A stretch of DNA of 64,000 nucleotides from Eledone cirrhosa (GCA_964016885.1 OZ024743.1:13268001-13332000); one strand, 5' to 3'. Counted from the first letter of the stretch, positions 39,489 through 53,630 are shown. Numbers and translations: made by a program. Notes: generated by a model from the letters alone, not told the origin.

Positions 39489-39958
39489 ATATTGTTATAC
39501 TTTGGGAGGGTCATGTTGCCAATAAGAAACACACGCACCAGTTGCTTTCACTTCAATTTATTATAATAAATTTATAAATTTATAAATTTATAAATCCATA
39601 AATTTCTGGTTCGTTGGTTCCACAACCAGATAGTTGTTTATATATTGTCATAGTTCTTTCGTCACACACTCTGAGCACACAACACACACACAGAAACAAA
39701 ATGGCGTAGGACAGAACAAAGGAGAGGCACAAAAACAAAGAAAAGAATCCCCAGTCACTGAAGAGGTCACAGAGTGTGTGACGAAAGAACTATGACAATA
39801 TATAAACAACTATCTGGTTGTGGAACCAACCAACCAACCAGAAATTTATGGATTTATAAATTTATAAATTTATAAATTTATTATAATAAATTGAAGTGAA
39901 AGCAACTGGTGCGTGTATTTCTTATTGGCAACATGACCCTCCCAAAGTATAACAATAT
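39489..39958. mobile_element. Head-to-head inverted Penelope-like pLTR pair (185/189-bp arms, 96-bp spacer)
   Basis: 39489-39673 is the reverse complement of 39770-39958 (two substitutions and a 4-bp indel seen). Flanked by (TA)n and contains a hammerhead. Confidence 0.88.
39754..39796 (+). ncRNA. Minimal type-I hammerhead ribozyme
   Basis: Stem I GTCA/TGAC; core CTGAAGA; extra G; stem II GTCACA-GAGTG-TGTGAC; GAAA; 2-bp stem III; predicted cleavage triplet CTA ending at 39792. Confidence 0.75.
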
Positions 39959-40012
39959 CAGTTTCAACACACGATTTCAGATAAAGAATCTTGCTAAACA
40001 AATTCAGAAACG

Positions 40013-40064
<52 letters not shown>

Positions 40065-40589
40065 GTGTATATATATATGGACGTGTATATGTATGCACCT
40101 ATTTATGCATGTATGAATATAAAATATATATATATGCATGTATGAATATGAAAATATCTATATGTATTTGCGTGTATTAATCCATGGTAAAACAATATTA
40201 ATGACCTGTTCATTGAAACTTTTCTAAACGTACTTATAAATCGCCTCTACGCCTTATACACGAGGCTGTATTCTATCTTCATTTTTTTTTCATACTCACA
40301 TTCACTTACTTCGGGATTACCAATTTTCTCTATTTAGCATTGAATGATGTACCATCCCTTTCGTAGCTTTTGGCTTTTAATCATTTTTTTTTTTATTATA
40401 TTAGCACGTGTCTCTCTGTTTCTACTGTATTTACATCGTTATATAAATCACTTTTTTGGTTATGTATCTCGTCTCTCTCATCTATTGGTTTCAAGGATAT
40501 ATATTCTACTTGTTGGATTTGCTATCTTCTAATTGAATTATAGTATAATTATATTCCCCAGATACATGTAGAATTCAATCTTATTATCA

Positions 40590-40730
40590 CACTGAAAGAG
40601 TATGACAGCTGATTCTTTGAATCACATGTACAGCTGATTCTTTGAATCACATGTACAGCTAATTCAATCAGACTGAAAGAGTATGACAATGTGTGGTAAA
40701 GCTGATTCTTTGAATCACATGTAGAGCTAA
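40590..40730. repeat. Local duplications of a repeat fragment
   Basis: AGCTGATTCTTTGAATCACATGTA occurs three times and ACTGAAAGAGTATGACA twice; related to interspersed repeats near 35200, 38150 and 41850. Confidence 0.75.
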
Positions 40731-42557
40731 CTTGGCGGGTGTCTGCATAGTTTCAGCTAATATAATTTCCCTCATAAGACTTGGATCGACGCATGAGTGT
40801 GGTAGAAAACACTTGCACAATTTGCTACGCAGTAAAATATTTACGGTTGTGATGTGAACGTTGTATCACATGTCTGAACAAGTCATTCTGCCCAAACGCA
40901 CACCGTAACACTGCTAATAGAATGGGACCCAATTATATGAGCTGCTACCATCTATAATACCGTGCACCATGTTATTCTGTATAAACATTTGTAATATTTG
41001 GATCTGATTGCTTTCGTTCTCTGTCTAGTATATTTCGCCGTTTCATCAACGAGGGAAGAGTAGTCATCACAACCCATTTTAGATTACCCGAGACTGGTAG
41101 GAAGGTAATGGAAGTGATCATCAAACCGGAGGCCTGTTCCTAATGTTTGCATATAGTGGAGTCCAATAAAGTCAACAAGAGTCAGATGGTAGAGTTAAAC
41201 TGGCTGATGTGTGAAATCTACTACCAAAGTGTGGGCGATATTTTTCTACGTCGTTGAATCTTTGGGCGACAAATTTACACAAGTACAAGTCACAATAGTT
41301 GGAGAATTATAACGCCCATTAGTTTTAAATTCAATTTTACAAACGCTCGAATGTATGTGTTGCATATATAGAACTCGATATTTTCTATAATATTTACCAG
41401 TAAATCTATTTAGCGTATTGGAGCGCCCCATTCAACACAGCATTATCAATTCATTGACACTTAATACTTCATTGTCTTAATGCATTCATCTATGTAGAGA
41501 AGATTTATATTTGTTTCAAATGCTATGTAATATTTTCATATGGAAATAGACAAATAGTTTGCTTGAAATAGGTATTCAATGACAGAAAGCATACGGGAAT
41601 GCGTACAATATTATAGGTATACCAGTACTAACTTGCTGATTTACATTTATACAGAAATACACATATATACTTAAACGTATTTAAAACTCCTCGATTCTAA
41701 ATCAATTCATATTTGCATTACTGATCTTTCGTTAGTTTTGAAGCTGAGCATTCAGTTGTCCGATTAAGTAAATGCCCGACATTTTATGTTAGCGTGTAAA
41801 TGGCTGAGTATTCTACAAATACGTAATTCCCAAGCCGAATCAGCGTGACACAATATATAGCAAGGCTGGGTCTTCAAAGTAGCAATACAATCAATTCAAT
41901 GAGTTTTCGAACAGTTTCTCCCTGCATACTTACACATGCAAAGTTTGTGTCAACTCTATGCTAGAGTAAGAACACTTGCCGAATATATCTCACAGTGGGA
42001 TTGATTTAGCGACATACTGATTGTGAAGCGAACATCTTAACATATATGCCATGCCTGCATCTATATTTCTTTTACTAAAGTCTGCTGTCGGCACACGTGA
42101 GACTGTAACAAAAAGCCAAGCATAGTATAATATATTTGTTAATCACTTCAGTACAGGTCTTATAACGAAAGTGTCAATAGGAGAGAATTTATATTTAATA
42201 CGAAAAATCTATTGTATAATGTACACTGAAAGAGGAAACGTATGATCAAAGGCATCTAACACCGACTATTTGAGGAGGAAGGGTATTGAGGAGTACATTA
42301 TCTCATGCATATCCGTCTCATTTTAAAGAGTATGTAGCTGAATTTTAGGGATATTTAGCTATGTTTTCGCGCAAAACCAGTGTTTGTGAAGAGGTCTTCT
42401 CGCTTCTGCTTGCAAGATAATCACAGACTGAAAAACCGATTGAATATTGTAGTGAAACTACTTCCCTTTTAATGTCCTCTGAAGGACAGCAAATCTTATG
42501 GAATACATTCAAAAATATTTCTTTTTTACAAACATATTCGTAGTTATATGAATAAAT

Positions 42558-42654
42558 AATTGTTTCTACTTTTGGCCCAAGGCCAGCAATTACCTAGTGC
42601 ATTACTGGTACTTTATTTTATCGACCCCGTAAGGATGAAAGGCAAAGTTAACCG
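42558..42654 (-). mobile_element. 5'-truncated Nin-type SINE
   Basis: Reverse complement of the family 3' half. Confidence 0.85.
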
Positions 42655-45600
42655 CGACATAATGGTATCTAAAATGGAACGACACAAATTTAAGGCAAAT
42701 AGGACTATCTGAAGTATTTTCTTACTAGCTCTCCTTTTGAAAGCTAAATGTATTCTGCAATTATCCTCTCTACGGTAGAGGAACTGATGTCCTATCAATG
42801 CAGTCTTGCGACACTCACGCATGGAAATGTTTTTCATAATCCGGCTATAGAAATCTAATCAACTCGAGTGTGCGTTATTTATGAGAAAGTTATATTCTAC
42901 GCCGTATGTGAATTGTTCTAAAGAATTCTATACGCTATAAGATTAATTGAGAAATACATTAAAATATCAGTCAAATATTATATAAGTGGGATATTACAGA
43001 ATATTCTGACGTTGTTGGTATTGACAGAAGGCACTTGTTGATAAATAACCCAACCTGAACTTTGTATTTCGAAGAGTATTTCTTTTATAATCCAGGATTT
43101 CTTTTTAAATACGAATTATTTATTTATTTAATCAATTATATTTTACAAAAACAAGTTACATAATGATGGAAATATGAAGAAGAAAAGATAAAGACAAAAT
43201 TAATTAAGGAACAGCGGGGATGGTGTAAAGAAGGGCAGATCAGGCTGTAAATGAAAGTAGAGGAAAGGACTTTAAATGCCATACATGAGGAAAAAAAGGG
43301 AAAAAGCAAAGATTATTAGGCCATGATAGAAAGAGAAGGGGAAGGGGAGAGTTTGAGAGGCTCTATTACTCGGGGGGGTTCAGCTGCGCCCTACGGACAA
43401 AACTCCAAAGGCATTTCCGCGGACAATGACTAGCGACAACAGCTACCCCACCTCCCGGGGTTCCTTCTTCAGACAGGCTGCTGACGTTCCGATTCAATAT
43501 CAGTAGAAATTATGAACAAACAACACATTGTTGATGTTAAGATTGCAAGATGTGGCTGATTAATTCTTGCCGATTTCTATTAAAAAGTTGACAAAAAATA
43601 TTATCAGCAACTGACAACAGTCTTCAGATAATATCTTTACTTGTTAACAATAAAAATAATATCATTACTTTTTAATTATAAAATTAAATATAGCTGAGAT
43701 TCTGTGTTTCTATATGAATCAGGGGATCTAGTTTACAACCATATGCTTAGTATCGTGCAAGAAATAATTATTTTTACCATGAACAACAGGGAACAGCGGT
43801 AACTGAGCTATTAACTCATTCAAACACTAAACCAAGGCATTATCGACTGAGTTTAATTCAAAATTAAAAGAATCTTAAGTTTACAAAAGGATTTGTAAAT
43901 TATTTCAAATGAAATTATATATTTCACCAACTGCCATCAGGACAAAGCGAAAATATAAATCATTCAACATTGTAGATGATGTACATAACATTCCAATCTG
44001 CGAGTAGTCGAGTAAAAATATGCAAGATATTTCAATAAGATTTACAATGCAGCATATACATGTTATCTAAATCAAGTAGCTGCTATCTAAACGAAGCAGG
44101 CGTTTTTCTTTTAAATTTCAACAAATCATGGTTGTTCTTTAGTAATCCATTTTGTCTCAGCTCATTTATATTACAAATAATCTTGGGTATGCCATGAATG
44201 CCACAACCATGCATTTCCTTTCTCTTTCGGTCTGAAAATATATAATAAAAAAAATCAATATTACTCATTTATAATCCGAGGGACATTTAGTTGGTAGATT
44301 CAATGTTCTTGACAGCTCTAAAGAAATCTATTGTCAATGTTTGTCAGAATCCATAAGCTGGAGTAGAGTGATGCCAAATGTTCGATGATAAATAAATAAA
44401 TAAATACAGATAAATTTTATTTCAATGTAGATATGACACATCACGGAATCTTCGTACGTGATCGATGGGGAATATCTACCATTTTCAAATTCAGGGCTCA
44501 AAGAACCACCTAAAACGCAAAAGTTATACATACATACACACACATACATACATATATACATATATACATATTTTCTTACACACGAAAGAAATTATATAAA
44601 TACTCAAAGATAATAATTCTTTCTAAGTTTATATAGGAAGCATAAACTTAGAATTCACAGTATTTCATAACTGGTTCGATTTTACCTCAAATATCCAGTT
44701 TATATTTTGTGTTGTTAAAACTTAATCGGCAAATTGGTGGAGTCATTAGAGTATAGAAGGATGCTTTGTGAGATTTATCATATGTCTCTATTACTTGGGC
44801 TCAAATATTGCCGAATAACTTTGCCTTTTTTCCTTAAAATAAAGTAAAAATCCAGGTCAATGATGTAGGATAATTTCTAGAATGTCAGTTGAGATGCCTT
44901 GCGATATTTATTCCAGTTCTGCGCGTTGTGAGTTCTAGGCATCTAGAATTAGTCCGTTACCTGCTTTTCTTCTACTACCACCTTATTTCTGAGTGCTTTT
45001 AATGAAGTTATTGTTATTGCAAGTATTCTAGCCAGGTCTCTTGTTCCATGGATAGCCTCCTGCCTTCTTCTTATCAACATCATAGAACATCAAAAGAGGA
45101 CGATGGATGCTACATTGCACCTCATAACTAAGCCAGGAAAATGACTTTCAGATCGTGACGACTTCATCTGTCGATATGTGGACTACATGTAAGGATAAAT
45201 TATCTAATATCTCATTCATTTTCCTATATTGGTAGTGCGTGATTTGAAGATGTAGCTGCTCTTTCCGGATGGTCTATCGAGCAAGTAGAATTCTGCTCAT
45301 TTGTGGTCAATCGTAGTCACTCCATACCAAGCTAGAAATATACGATTTTTCATTAGATGTACTTTTAAGCGCTATAATGGCCAGCTTCATGACATGCTAA
45401 TCATTTCCAATTCAAGGTACGGAGAAAGAATTGTATGTCACAGATCTTTGTATCTGTGTGTCATTCCATGAATTTGTAACCTTATGTCTGAGAAAAAATT
45501 CAATTCTACCCGGAGTTCGGGACGAGGTTTAGTGAATTGCTTTTTAATATCCTTTAAGGACTTAAATATTTAAATATTTAAATGTTTGTTTGGCATTTCA

Positions 45601-45825
45601 GGATGGGATAATTTTCTCTGACTCTTACCTATATATAAAGTCCCATGTCTCTTGCGACGGATGGACCGTAGTAAACTCGTTTTCTTAAACAAATGTATTG
45701 CATTTATTTAAGAAAAATATATTCCATTTATTTAAACTTACTAAAGATAAACTTCGTTTTTCAATGCCATTTACATTCCAGTTCAATTTGATCTCCGTTG
45801 ATAAGAGCCTGTTTTGGCTATTAAT

Positions 45826-46009
45826 TGTTTCTACGTTTTGGCACACGGCCAGCAATTACCCAGTGCATTACTAGTACTTTATTTTAGCGACCCCGTATGG
45901 ATGAAAGGCAAAGTTAACCTCGGCGGGATTTGAACTCAGATCATAAAGGGACGTAACTCTATGCTTCAAGGCATGGTGTCCGACTCTCTACCGATACTGC
46001 CAATCCACC
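45826..46009 (-). mobile_element. Full-length young Nin-type tRNA SINE with 20-bp TSD
   Basis: AGCCTGTTTTGGCTATTAAT at 45806-45825 and 46010-46029. Confidence 0.94.
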
Positions 46010-46143
46010 AGCCTGTTTTGGCTATTAATGATTCTAAAACTGGTTCATTGAGAGTGGAATTTTAAGGGAGGTCTATAAACAATGATTTCGATCTCAGAGA
46101 CTTAATTAATACTGCAAGATAGGTTGACTTTCTCTTTTCTGAT

Positions 46144-46438
46144 ACTAGTAATAATTGTTTCTACTTTTGGCACAAGGCCAGCAATTATCCAGTACATTAC
46201 TGGTACTCTATTTTATCGACCCCGTAAGGATGAAAGGCAAAGTGAACCTCGGCGGGATTTGAACTCAGACCGTAAAGCATGGCGTCCGACTCTCTACCGA
46301 TACTGCCAATCCACCACTAGTAATAATTGTTTCTACTTTAGGCACAAGGCCAGCAAATACCCAGTGCATTACTGGTACTTTATGTTATCGACCGCGTAAG
46401 GATGAAAGGCAAAGTCAACCTCGGCCACTAGTAATAAT
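46144..46438 (-). mobile_element. Two tandem Nin-type SINEs separated and flanked by a triplicated 12-bp target
   Basis: ACTAGTAATAAT at 46144, 46316 and 46427. The first copy is internally deleted and the second is 5'-truncated. Confidence 0.92.
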
Positions 46439-46881
46439 GATATGTAGGAGGACCCATGAATATTTAACATTTTATAAATTTTCTTATTTCTATTTTAATG
46501 CATATATTTATATTACATTTTTTAGAAGAACTTAGATGAATTGAATATTTTCTTCACTAAATGTATTCGAAGAATATTCAGAAGAGAGCATATTTCGCAT
46601 GTAAACAATGTTTCTCTTGTATTTATTTGTCAAAGTAAAGATTTTAAAATAGACGAAAAAGTTCTGTTTCAAGTTCAGAGCAAGGGTGAATACTATTTGC
46701 GAAAAAGGTTCTAAGTATCTCCAACAAATGCATTGATTTGTTTGTTGTGGATATCTATTGTATCTAGTTTCACTCTAGCACCTGTCTGTGCTCTTTAGAA
46801 AAATTGTATAAAATTCATAGGATTCGTTGACATATAGTCTAAGCCTAAGTGATAATTGAAAAGGAATAACATTATTTCTTT

Positions 46882-47048
46882 TGGCAGTATCGGAAGAGCG
46901 TCAGAAACCATGCTTTGCAGTTATGGCGCTTTACGTTCTGAATTCAAATCCACCGAGGTTAACTTTGCCTTTAACTTACGGGGTTGATAAAATAAAGTAC
47001 TAGTAATGCACTGGGATAATTGCTGGCTTTGTGCCAAAGATAGAAACA
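46882..47048 (+). mobile_element. Nin-type tRNA SINE with 11-bp TSD
   Basis: ATTATTTCTTT at 46871-46881 and 47049-47059. Confidence 0.88.
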
Positions 47049-47954
47049 ATTATTTCTTTATTTTAAAATTATTTTTCGGCCCGACTTTATTTTAAACTTA
47101 TTTTTCGGCTCGACTTTATTTTCAAATTACTTTTCGGCTCGACTGAAAATTGATAGAGGGAAAATGCTTTTACGTATTTAGTATGTGAATTGAAATCCCT
47201 CCAGACTTATACTTTAGCGACACATTATGTATTCGAGTCGATTTAATCGATTATATCGTCTTCCAGCTTCTAGGTCTTGTGCCGTTACAAATAAATCTTA
47301 TCGTTTTTGTAATATTTAAGTAGATATTTAACAGTCTCCATATCTGTGACACAATCATAATAAATGATAAATCATTTCTTTTATACTGATATTTTTACTG
47401 AAATTTATACTGAAATTTTTTGAAGAATCAGGCTTCAAAGTTATAACAGTTATATAAAATACCCCTTTAACATTCGAATTCAGAAAAGTTGGAAGTATTT
47501 TTACTGAATTGAAATATTTTGGTCAATCGACAGTTCCGAACTAACAGTATATATGCCTGGCACGTTTGAAGTGTGATTGCATCTGTAGTGAGGTGTTGAC
47601 GTGAAATAGAACATGGGCAGCCTATTTATATATACCATTTGCTGAAACTGCCACAAACTGATCGTAATAGCTAAGGTTGCCCAGGAAATCTCTCGGAAGA
47701 AGTTGACATTAGTTCATTAGTTGTCACTAAGTATGACGATAAACAATCTACATGTCAATTATTTATATCCCTTATCTATGTACCTATGCGCGTATGTGTA
47801 TATGTTGTTGCATAAATACGTATAAATGGACATTAAACGGTGATCATATATGATGATGAAGTAAAGGGAAACAACAAAGTAACCAACACAGTAGAATGAA
47901 GAAATATATGAGTTTAACGCTTGATATTTCGGACGTCTCTGTCTTTCTCTCTCA

Positions 47955-48062
<108 letters not shown>

Positions 48063-48299
48063 GCGCGCGGGTGTATGAGTGTTAAAAATCAAACTTTGAA
48101 TCCTAATAGATTACGTAAAATTTTATGTAGTCTTTTTTACAGCGGAGTGATATATATAGCCTTTAGTAGTGAAGGTATTCTCTGGCTGAGTAATATGTGC
48201 CGGAAGGCCTGGATCGCAGGAAAGGCACCGAAGCAATGGGAGACAAGGACGTTGTTCCAATCAGAGAGGGATCTTCTTGTTAAACCTTCCCCGTAAACT

Positions 48300-48992
48300 T
48301 TGTGCTAAGTGTATGGCAAAGAGATGCTGGGAGCTTGTCGAGTCACTCTACATGTGAATGCGCAGGGCACTATACATGTGAATGGAGTTCCACTGAAGCA
48401 TATAGAGACGGTTAAGTATCTTGGGGCCGTGTTCACAAATGATGAATTTAGTGCATGGATAATAGGAGCTGGTGCAGTAATACGACAGCTTCAGCATTCA
48501 GTAATCAGAAGAAGGGAGGTAGGCGTAAAAGCCAAACTCGCTATCTTCAATTCGGTATTCGTGCCAAACATTGCCTATGGAAATGGATCTTAGGTAATGA
48601 CCGAAAGAAAACGATCGTAAATTCATGCGACCAGGAGGACTTAGAAGTAACGTTACTCGATAGAGTGCGTAGCTCGGAGACCCAGAGTGTCAGTCTAGGT
48701 AGAGCAGCTATTTCCTCGAATTGAGAGATCAAAGGTCCAATACTATGGGCATGCGGTTAGAATGTCTGAGGAATGAATCACTGGACAGATTCTACAGGAA
48801 ACACCAACCGGCAGATGACCCAGTTGTAGACCCCGACCAATATGTTTGGATAACATCTATGAGCTTGGCTGGTCTTGATTGGGGATCCAGCCGGATCAGC
48901 TGGAAACGGTTGCTTCCAACAGAACCCGCTGGAAGGAGAGTTTGATGATTCTGCCCCTACGACCCTCTCAAGAATAAGTGAGCGAAGAAGAA
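48300..48992 (+). mobile_element. Decayed RTE-clade LINE 3' end
   Basis: IHVNGVPLKHIETVKYLG, VKAKLAIFNSVFVPNIAYG, VTLLDRVRS, YYGHAVRM, a GRPR-like segment, and a (GAA)n tail at about 48985. Stops and frameshifts present. Confidence 0.85.
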
Positions 48993-49017
48993 GTGATATA
49001 TATATATATATACATAT

Positions 49018-49659
49018 TATAAACAACTTAGGACAACCCAAGGAAGAAGAAACCAAGAACTGGTCATACCATTTATAATGACACACAACCCATGTCACCA
49101 GAATATCTTCAACACTGCCAAAGCAAACCTACCGATCATTGTTCAAAGAAATGAATTAAAAGGTTTAATCCCAGACCGAGCTTTGATTCTTAGTAAAAGA
49201 CAGCCGAAAAATTTGAAACAATTACTAACAAAGGCAAAGTTTGACCTTAACAACAAATACCAATCATTCACTGTATCTAAATGCAATGATAGTCGATGTG
49301 GCATATGTCAGTTCATACATACTGCTCAATATATGAACACAAAAACTGGAAAAATATTCCCAAATGCAAATATGAACAGCAAAAGCAGAAATCTAATTTA
49401 CTGCATTAAATGCCCGAATTGTGAAGAACTATATGTCGGTCAAACTGGAAATGCACTATCGGAACGTGCATAGGTGCACCGACAGCAAATCAGAGACCCA
49501 AATGTCCGTCAGATACTCCTGAGTAACCATCTAGCAGCGTGTGGTTAGAAAATATTTATATTTCCATTCTACAAACTACACAGCCCAAGTGAAATCAAGA
49601 GAAAAATTAAAGAAAAGAATTTTATTGATAAATTCCAACCCAAGCTAAATGAACAATAA
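49018..49659 (+). mobile_element. Penelope-like element C-terminus: Zn-knuckle linker + GIY-YIG endonuclease (Neptune-like), pseudogenised
   Basis: VIPFIMTHNP, KRQPKNLKQLL, CNDSRCGIC, NLIYCIKCPNCEELYVGQT, then after stops HRQQI, LSNHL, EKNFIDKFQPKLN. CCHH pattern. Begins next to (TA)n. Confidence 0.9.
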
Positions 49660-49664
49660 TAATT

Positions 49665-49741
49665 GTTTCTACTTTAGGCACAAGGCCAGCAATTATCCAG
49701 TACATTACTGGTACTTTATTTTATCGACCCCGTAAGGATGA
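49665..49741 (-). mobile_element. 5'-truncated Nin-type SINE inserted at the stop codon of the Penelope-like ORF
   Basis: AATAATAAT direct repeats at 49656 and 49742 flank the family 3' half. Confidence 0.85.
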
Positions 49742-50204
49742 AATAATAATGCTTAGGGGTATTACTTATACTATGACTACGCCTACGACCATGTCGTCTA
49801 CCTCCACTGAATAACAATAATAATAATAATAAAAGTGATGTTGATGTTGATTACTGAAGATTTTTTATAAAAACCCTAGAAAATGGTATTTTCATCATTT
49901 CTAAAAATAGCAAAACAATTGATGTTTTGTATAGGGACAAATAGAAGTCGTTAACCAACCGTGATGCTTAAACCAATCAGCTTTAGTAATCTAATGAAAC
50001 CACACATCGATTGGTCGAAATACAGTTTCCAAAATTCTGTAGCCTCTTTTTGCTGTATATAAGGCACAGATTTTAGCCACCTCATTACTGTTGAAATTTG
50101 CAAACCTGTTTGTCACCACTAAAGATTACCGAAGCATGAAAGTACTTTTTCAGTTAACATTTAACATTTAATATTCTGCCATACTGTTTGTTTGTTAGTT
50201 TGTT

Positions 50205-50412
50205 TACAAACAAACAAACCGAGCATTATAATAAATGTTCGGTAAACCGATACGTGCATATATATATATGTGTGCATGTATGTATATATATATACATACT
50301 ACTGTACGTCTGTATACATATATGTATGTACGTATACATACATACATACTTACATTTAAGTAAGTGCCGTACTAAGAGTGAGAAATGAAATTTCGTTTCA
50401 TTCTATTCCATT
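50205..50412. repeat. Unclassified repeat (family C), homologous to the 57085-57830 copies
   Basis: Shares CCGAGCATTATAATAAATG, TACTACTGTACGTCTGTATACATATATG and GCCGTACTAAGAGTGAGAAATGAAATTTCGTTTCATT. Confidence 0.85.
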
Positions 50413-50500
50413 CTACCATACTATTTCATGATAATATCATTATAATTTTAAAGGATTGTAAATAAAACGATTAAATCAGACAAAATTGGAATTCCTTTTA

Positions 50501-50571
<71 letters not shown>

Positions 50572-53346
50572 GATACAATGAGATGCATTTACAAATATGA
50601 TCACTTAGGTTTTACATAGTTTTCACAAATGGCTATAAATCAACCTGGTGCTTTTTTTATATGAAATAATTATTTTGTTTTTATTACATTTCTCTCTTTT
50701 CTTTTCGAAACCGAGTCTAATGTGTATTGTGGTGCCATTTACGTTGTTACTACCGTTTTATTTTCGTAGAAAATATATTGTTTCCAGTTAGCTCATTCGT
50801 TCCTTTTTATATGTATTAAGAAATAAAATTTTATGTCAACTAAGTTCCTTATATTACTTTTAATTCTGTATTATGATTTTTTTTAAATGGGCGATCTGAG
50901 TATTTTGTAAACTATAAACATTTTTTATGACCATCCTCATCATCGTCTTGGTTTTGTTTTTCCTTTTTCTGTTTTTGATATATTTCTTTTTTAATCTTCG
51001 GCTCATTCATATTGTTCTTTTTATCATTTATCGTCGTCAACCTGGTCTTAATATGGTCTTTTTCTTTTTTATCTTATGTTATGTTCCTTATTTAACGCTT
51101 ACTTTTATTTAAACATTAATCACCGAGATTTTGCGTTGGACTTTGTGTATGTATGTAGATACTGAGAAGCAATTTTCAATCATTTACCAGCTTTACAAGA
51201 AACATTTTCGAATTTAATCGCTCTATTTGAAGAACTTCAAAACAAAGTGTCTCAAAATATGATTCAAAGACAAATTTCATAAACTTCCGTTTTGGCTATA
51301 TTTTGTTTTTATTTTGCTTTGCTTCTATTATTTGGTGTTGCTACTATTTTCGTTATTGTTGTTATTATTTCGTGTGATCTAGTTTTTACTTAGAGATCCA
51401 TTCCAAAATTTATGTAACCATTTAAGTATTAAGAGACTGGCTACATATTCTGAATCAATAAATCAAGCAGCTATGTAGTTAATATGCATTTAACATAGAA
51501 CGCCACCAGAGCAATCATATAGTATCTTTCTTTTTTTTCTTATTCTTAGCCATTACCGAAAATGTTTGTGATATACTTGAATATATACCATATATTAAGG
51601 TGGCTAAATGGCTGAAGTTTTTCTCTATGATACTATGTCTTTCCATCGCATCATGTGATTTTACTGTTGCACCACGCAAAACAATAAGTTAACAATTTCC
51701 ACTGCTGGAAACTACAGCTCGTTTTGGTTATTTTCGTTGAAGAGCATACAGGCAAGAGGCAAACCACTGATTCAGTTGATAGTAGTTTATATATCTACAG
51801 CGAGAAGGAATTCGTCTATTAAGACCTGACAATACATGAGCAACATCAACTACGAGGTTGGATATTACAAGAAATTTCGATCTAACGAAGGAAATTCTGT
51901 GTTTGTTACACAACGCGCTTGAAATGACAGCCAAATTTTCCTTAAATCAGATAGACTCTTATGTTATAGATACTGAATTGTCATGAATAGAAAATATTTG
52001 ATCATAAGACTGCTAAATCAGGATGATTTTCTCGAACAGAATCAACTGAGTGTGTGGTGTAACACCATCAACAGAAGAGCTGAATTATGCCAAAGAGGTT
52101 ATGGTTATTTTTGCTACCATTATTTTAATACTATTGTAAGTATTGCAGCATATACTAAGATGACGCATTGAATATATTTTGGTTTTATTAGAACTTGTCA
52201 TGGAGAAAATACATTAACATATTTGCTAAAGTCATGATGAGAGAATAACTAAGAAAATGTAGAGTATTATACAAGAATTAGCGCAGAAATCTAGCATATT
52301 TTATAAAAACAATTACTGAATAATGCAATTTATATAAAACAAAGTATGTTTTATTAATAAAAGTAAATGTACCAAATGTGTTATAGTATTACAATAATTC
52401 TTTGTAACGTAAATGAGGAAAAAACTAATATTCCGAATGTTCAGTTTACTCGGCCGTACCAACGATATGATAAAAGCACTTTATACACCTAAAAGAGAAT
52501 AATCAATTGGAGAGGCTTTACAAAAGAAGCGATAATGTCACTATTCCTCCTGAAAGTTTCGTATAATAGTTGTATGGTAAAGTAATATATCACGGCATTA
52601 GTTGATCTAACATGCAACAAAACTCCATTCTTTTATTTCTACTGTGAATATTGAGAACATTTCACTGTTAGATATTTCAGGGTTCAATAAGCTCAATGAA
52701 CGACTAGAATTCAATAGGCAATCTCTTTGAATTTAAAACCCTGATAAATGAACCAAGTTCAAAATATTGTATATGCCTCGGCATGCAATATTTCAATAGT
52801 GCTTCGTACTATGATTCAAAACGAGAGCATCATCAATAATATGGCTTATTGTTTTAGAAGACACCCAATAGCGGTCGTAAAGATCATTTGAAAATTAGTT
52901 CAGTCCACTTCATTGACTAAAAATATGTTTTGGTAGATTATGTATTGAGCAATTTCTCTAAATCTTTGCACAAGTCTAAATTCCCAAACTGAAACCTAAC
53001 AATGAAGTGTGATGGAATCTGAAGAAGGATGCTTCAAAATACCAGGTCTTTCTCAGGAAAAGGAGTAGGGATTAAATGCTTATATATATATATACATATA
53101 TTTTTTTAATGTGTATTTGGTGTATACGTTCGTATGTGTGCGGCGTGTACAGGCGTTACGTGGGCTCTGTATGTGCGCGCGGGTTTTTTTTTATGTACGT
53201 GCTTGTATTTGCATACCCATGGCGAGTGTTTTCGCGTATGCTTGTGTATGTACGTATATGGATGCGTGTATGTATATATTTAATTTCAATTACCTCTGTA
53301 TTTTATTTACTTTTTTTTAACTCTGAAGCCAAGAATCATTCGGTTT

Positions 53347-53630
53347 CCTAAATAGAATTTTAGTCTACGACTTCAGTTATACCATTTGCGTGGTTTTGTC
53401 TTTGCGTGTAATTGTTCTCATTGATCCACATAATGACGTATTATCTTCGTTTTTACGTTCATTGCCAGAGAACGTCTCCATGAACCACCTAATAGAATAT
53501 TAGTCTACGACTTCATTTATACCATAAACGTGGTTTTGTCTTTGCGTGTAATTGTTTTCACCACCCCAAATAATGACGTATTATCTTCGTTTTTTTTCGC
53601 TCTTTGCCAGGGAACGTTTCCACGAACCAA
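53347..53630. repeat. About 141-bp tandem duplication directly upstream of the second pLTR/hammerhead copy
   Basis: AATAGAAT.TTAGTCTACGACTTCA.TTATACCAT...CGTGGTTTTGTCTTTGCGTGTAATTGTT...ATAATGACGTATTATCTTCGTTTTT occurs twice. Confidence 0.9.
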
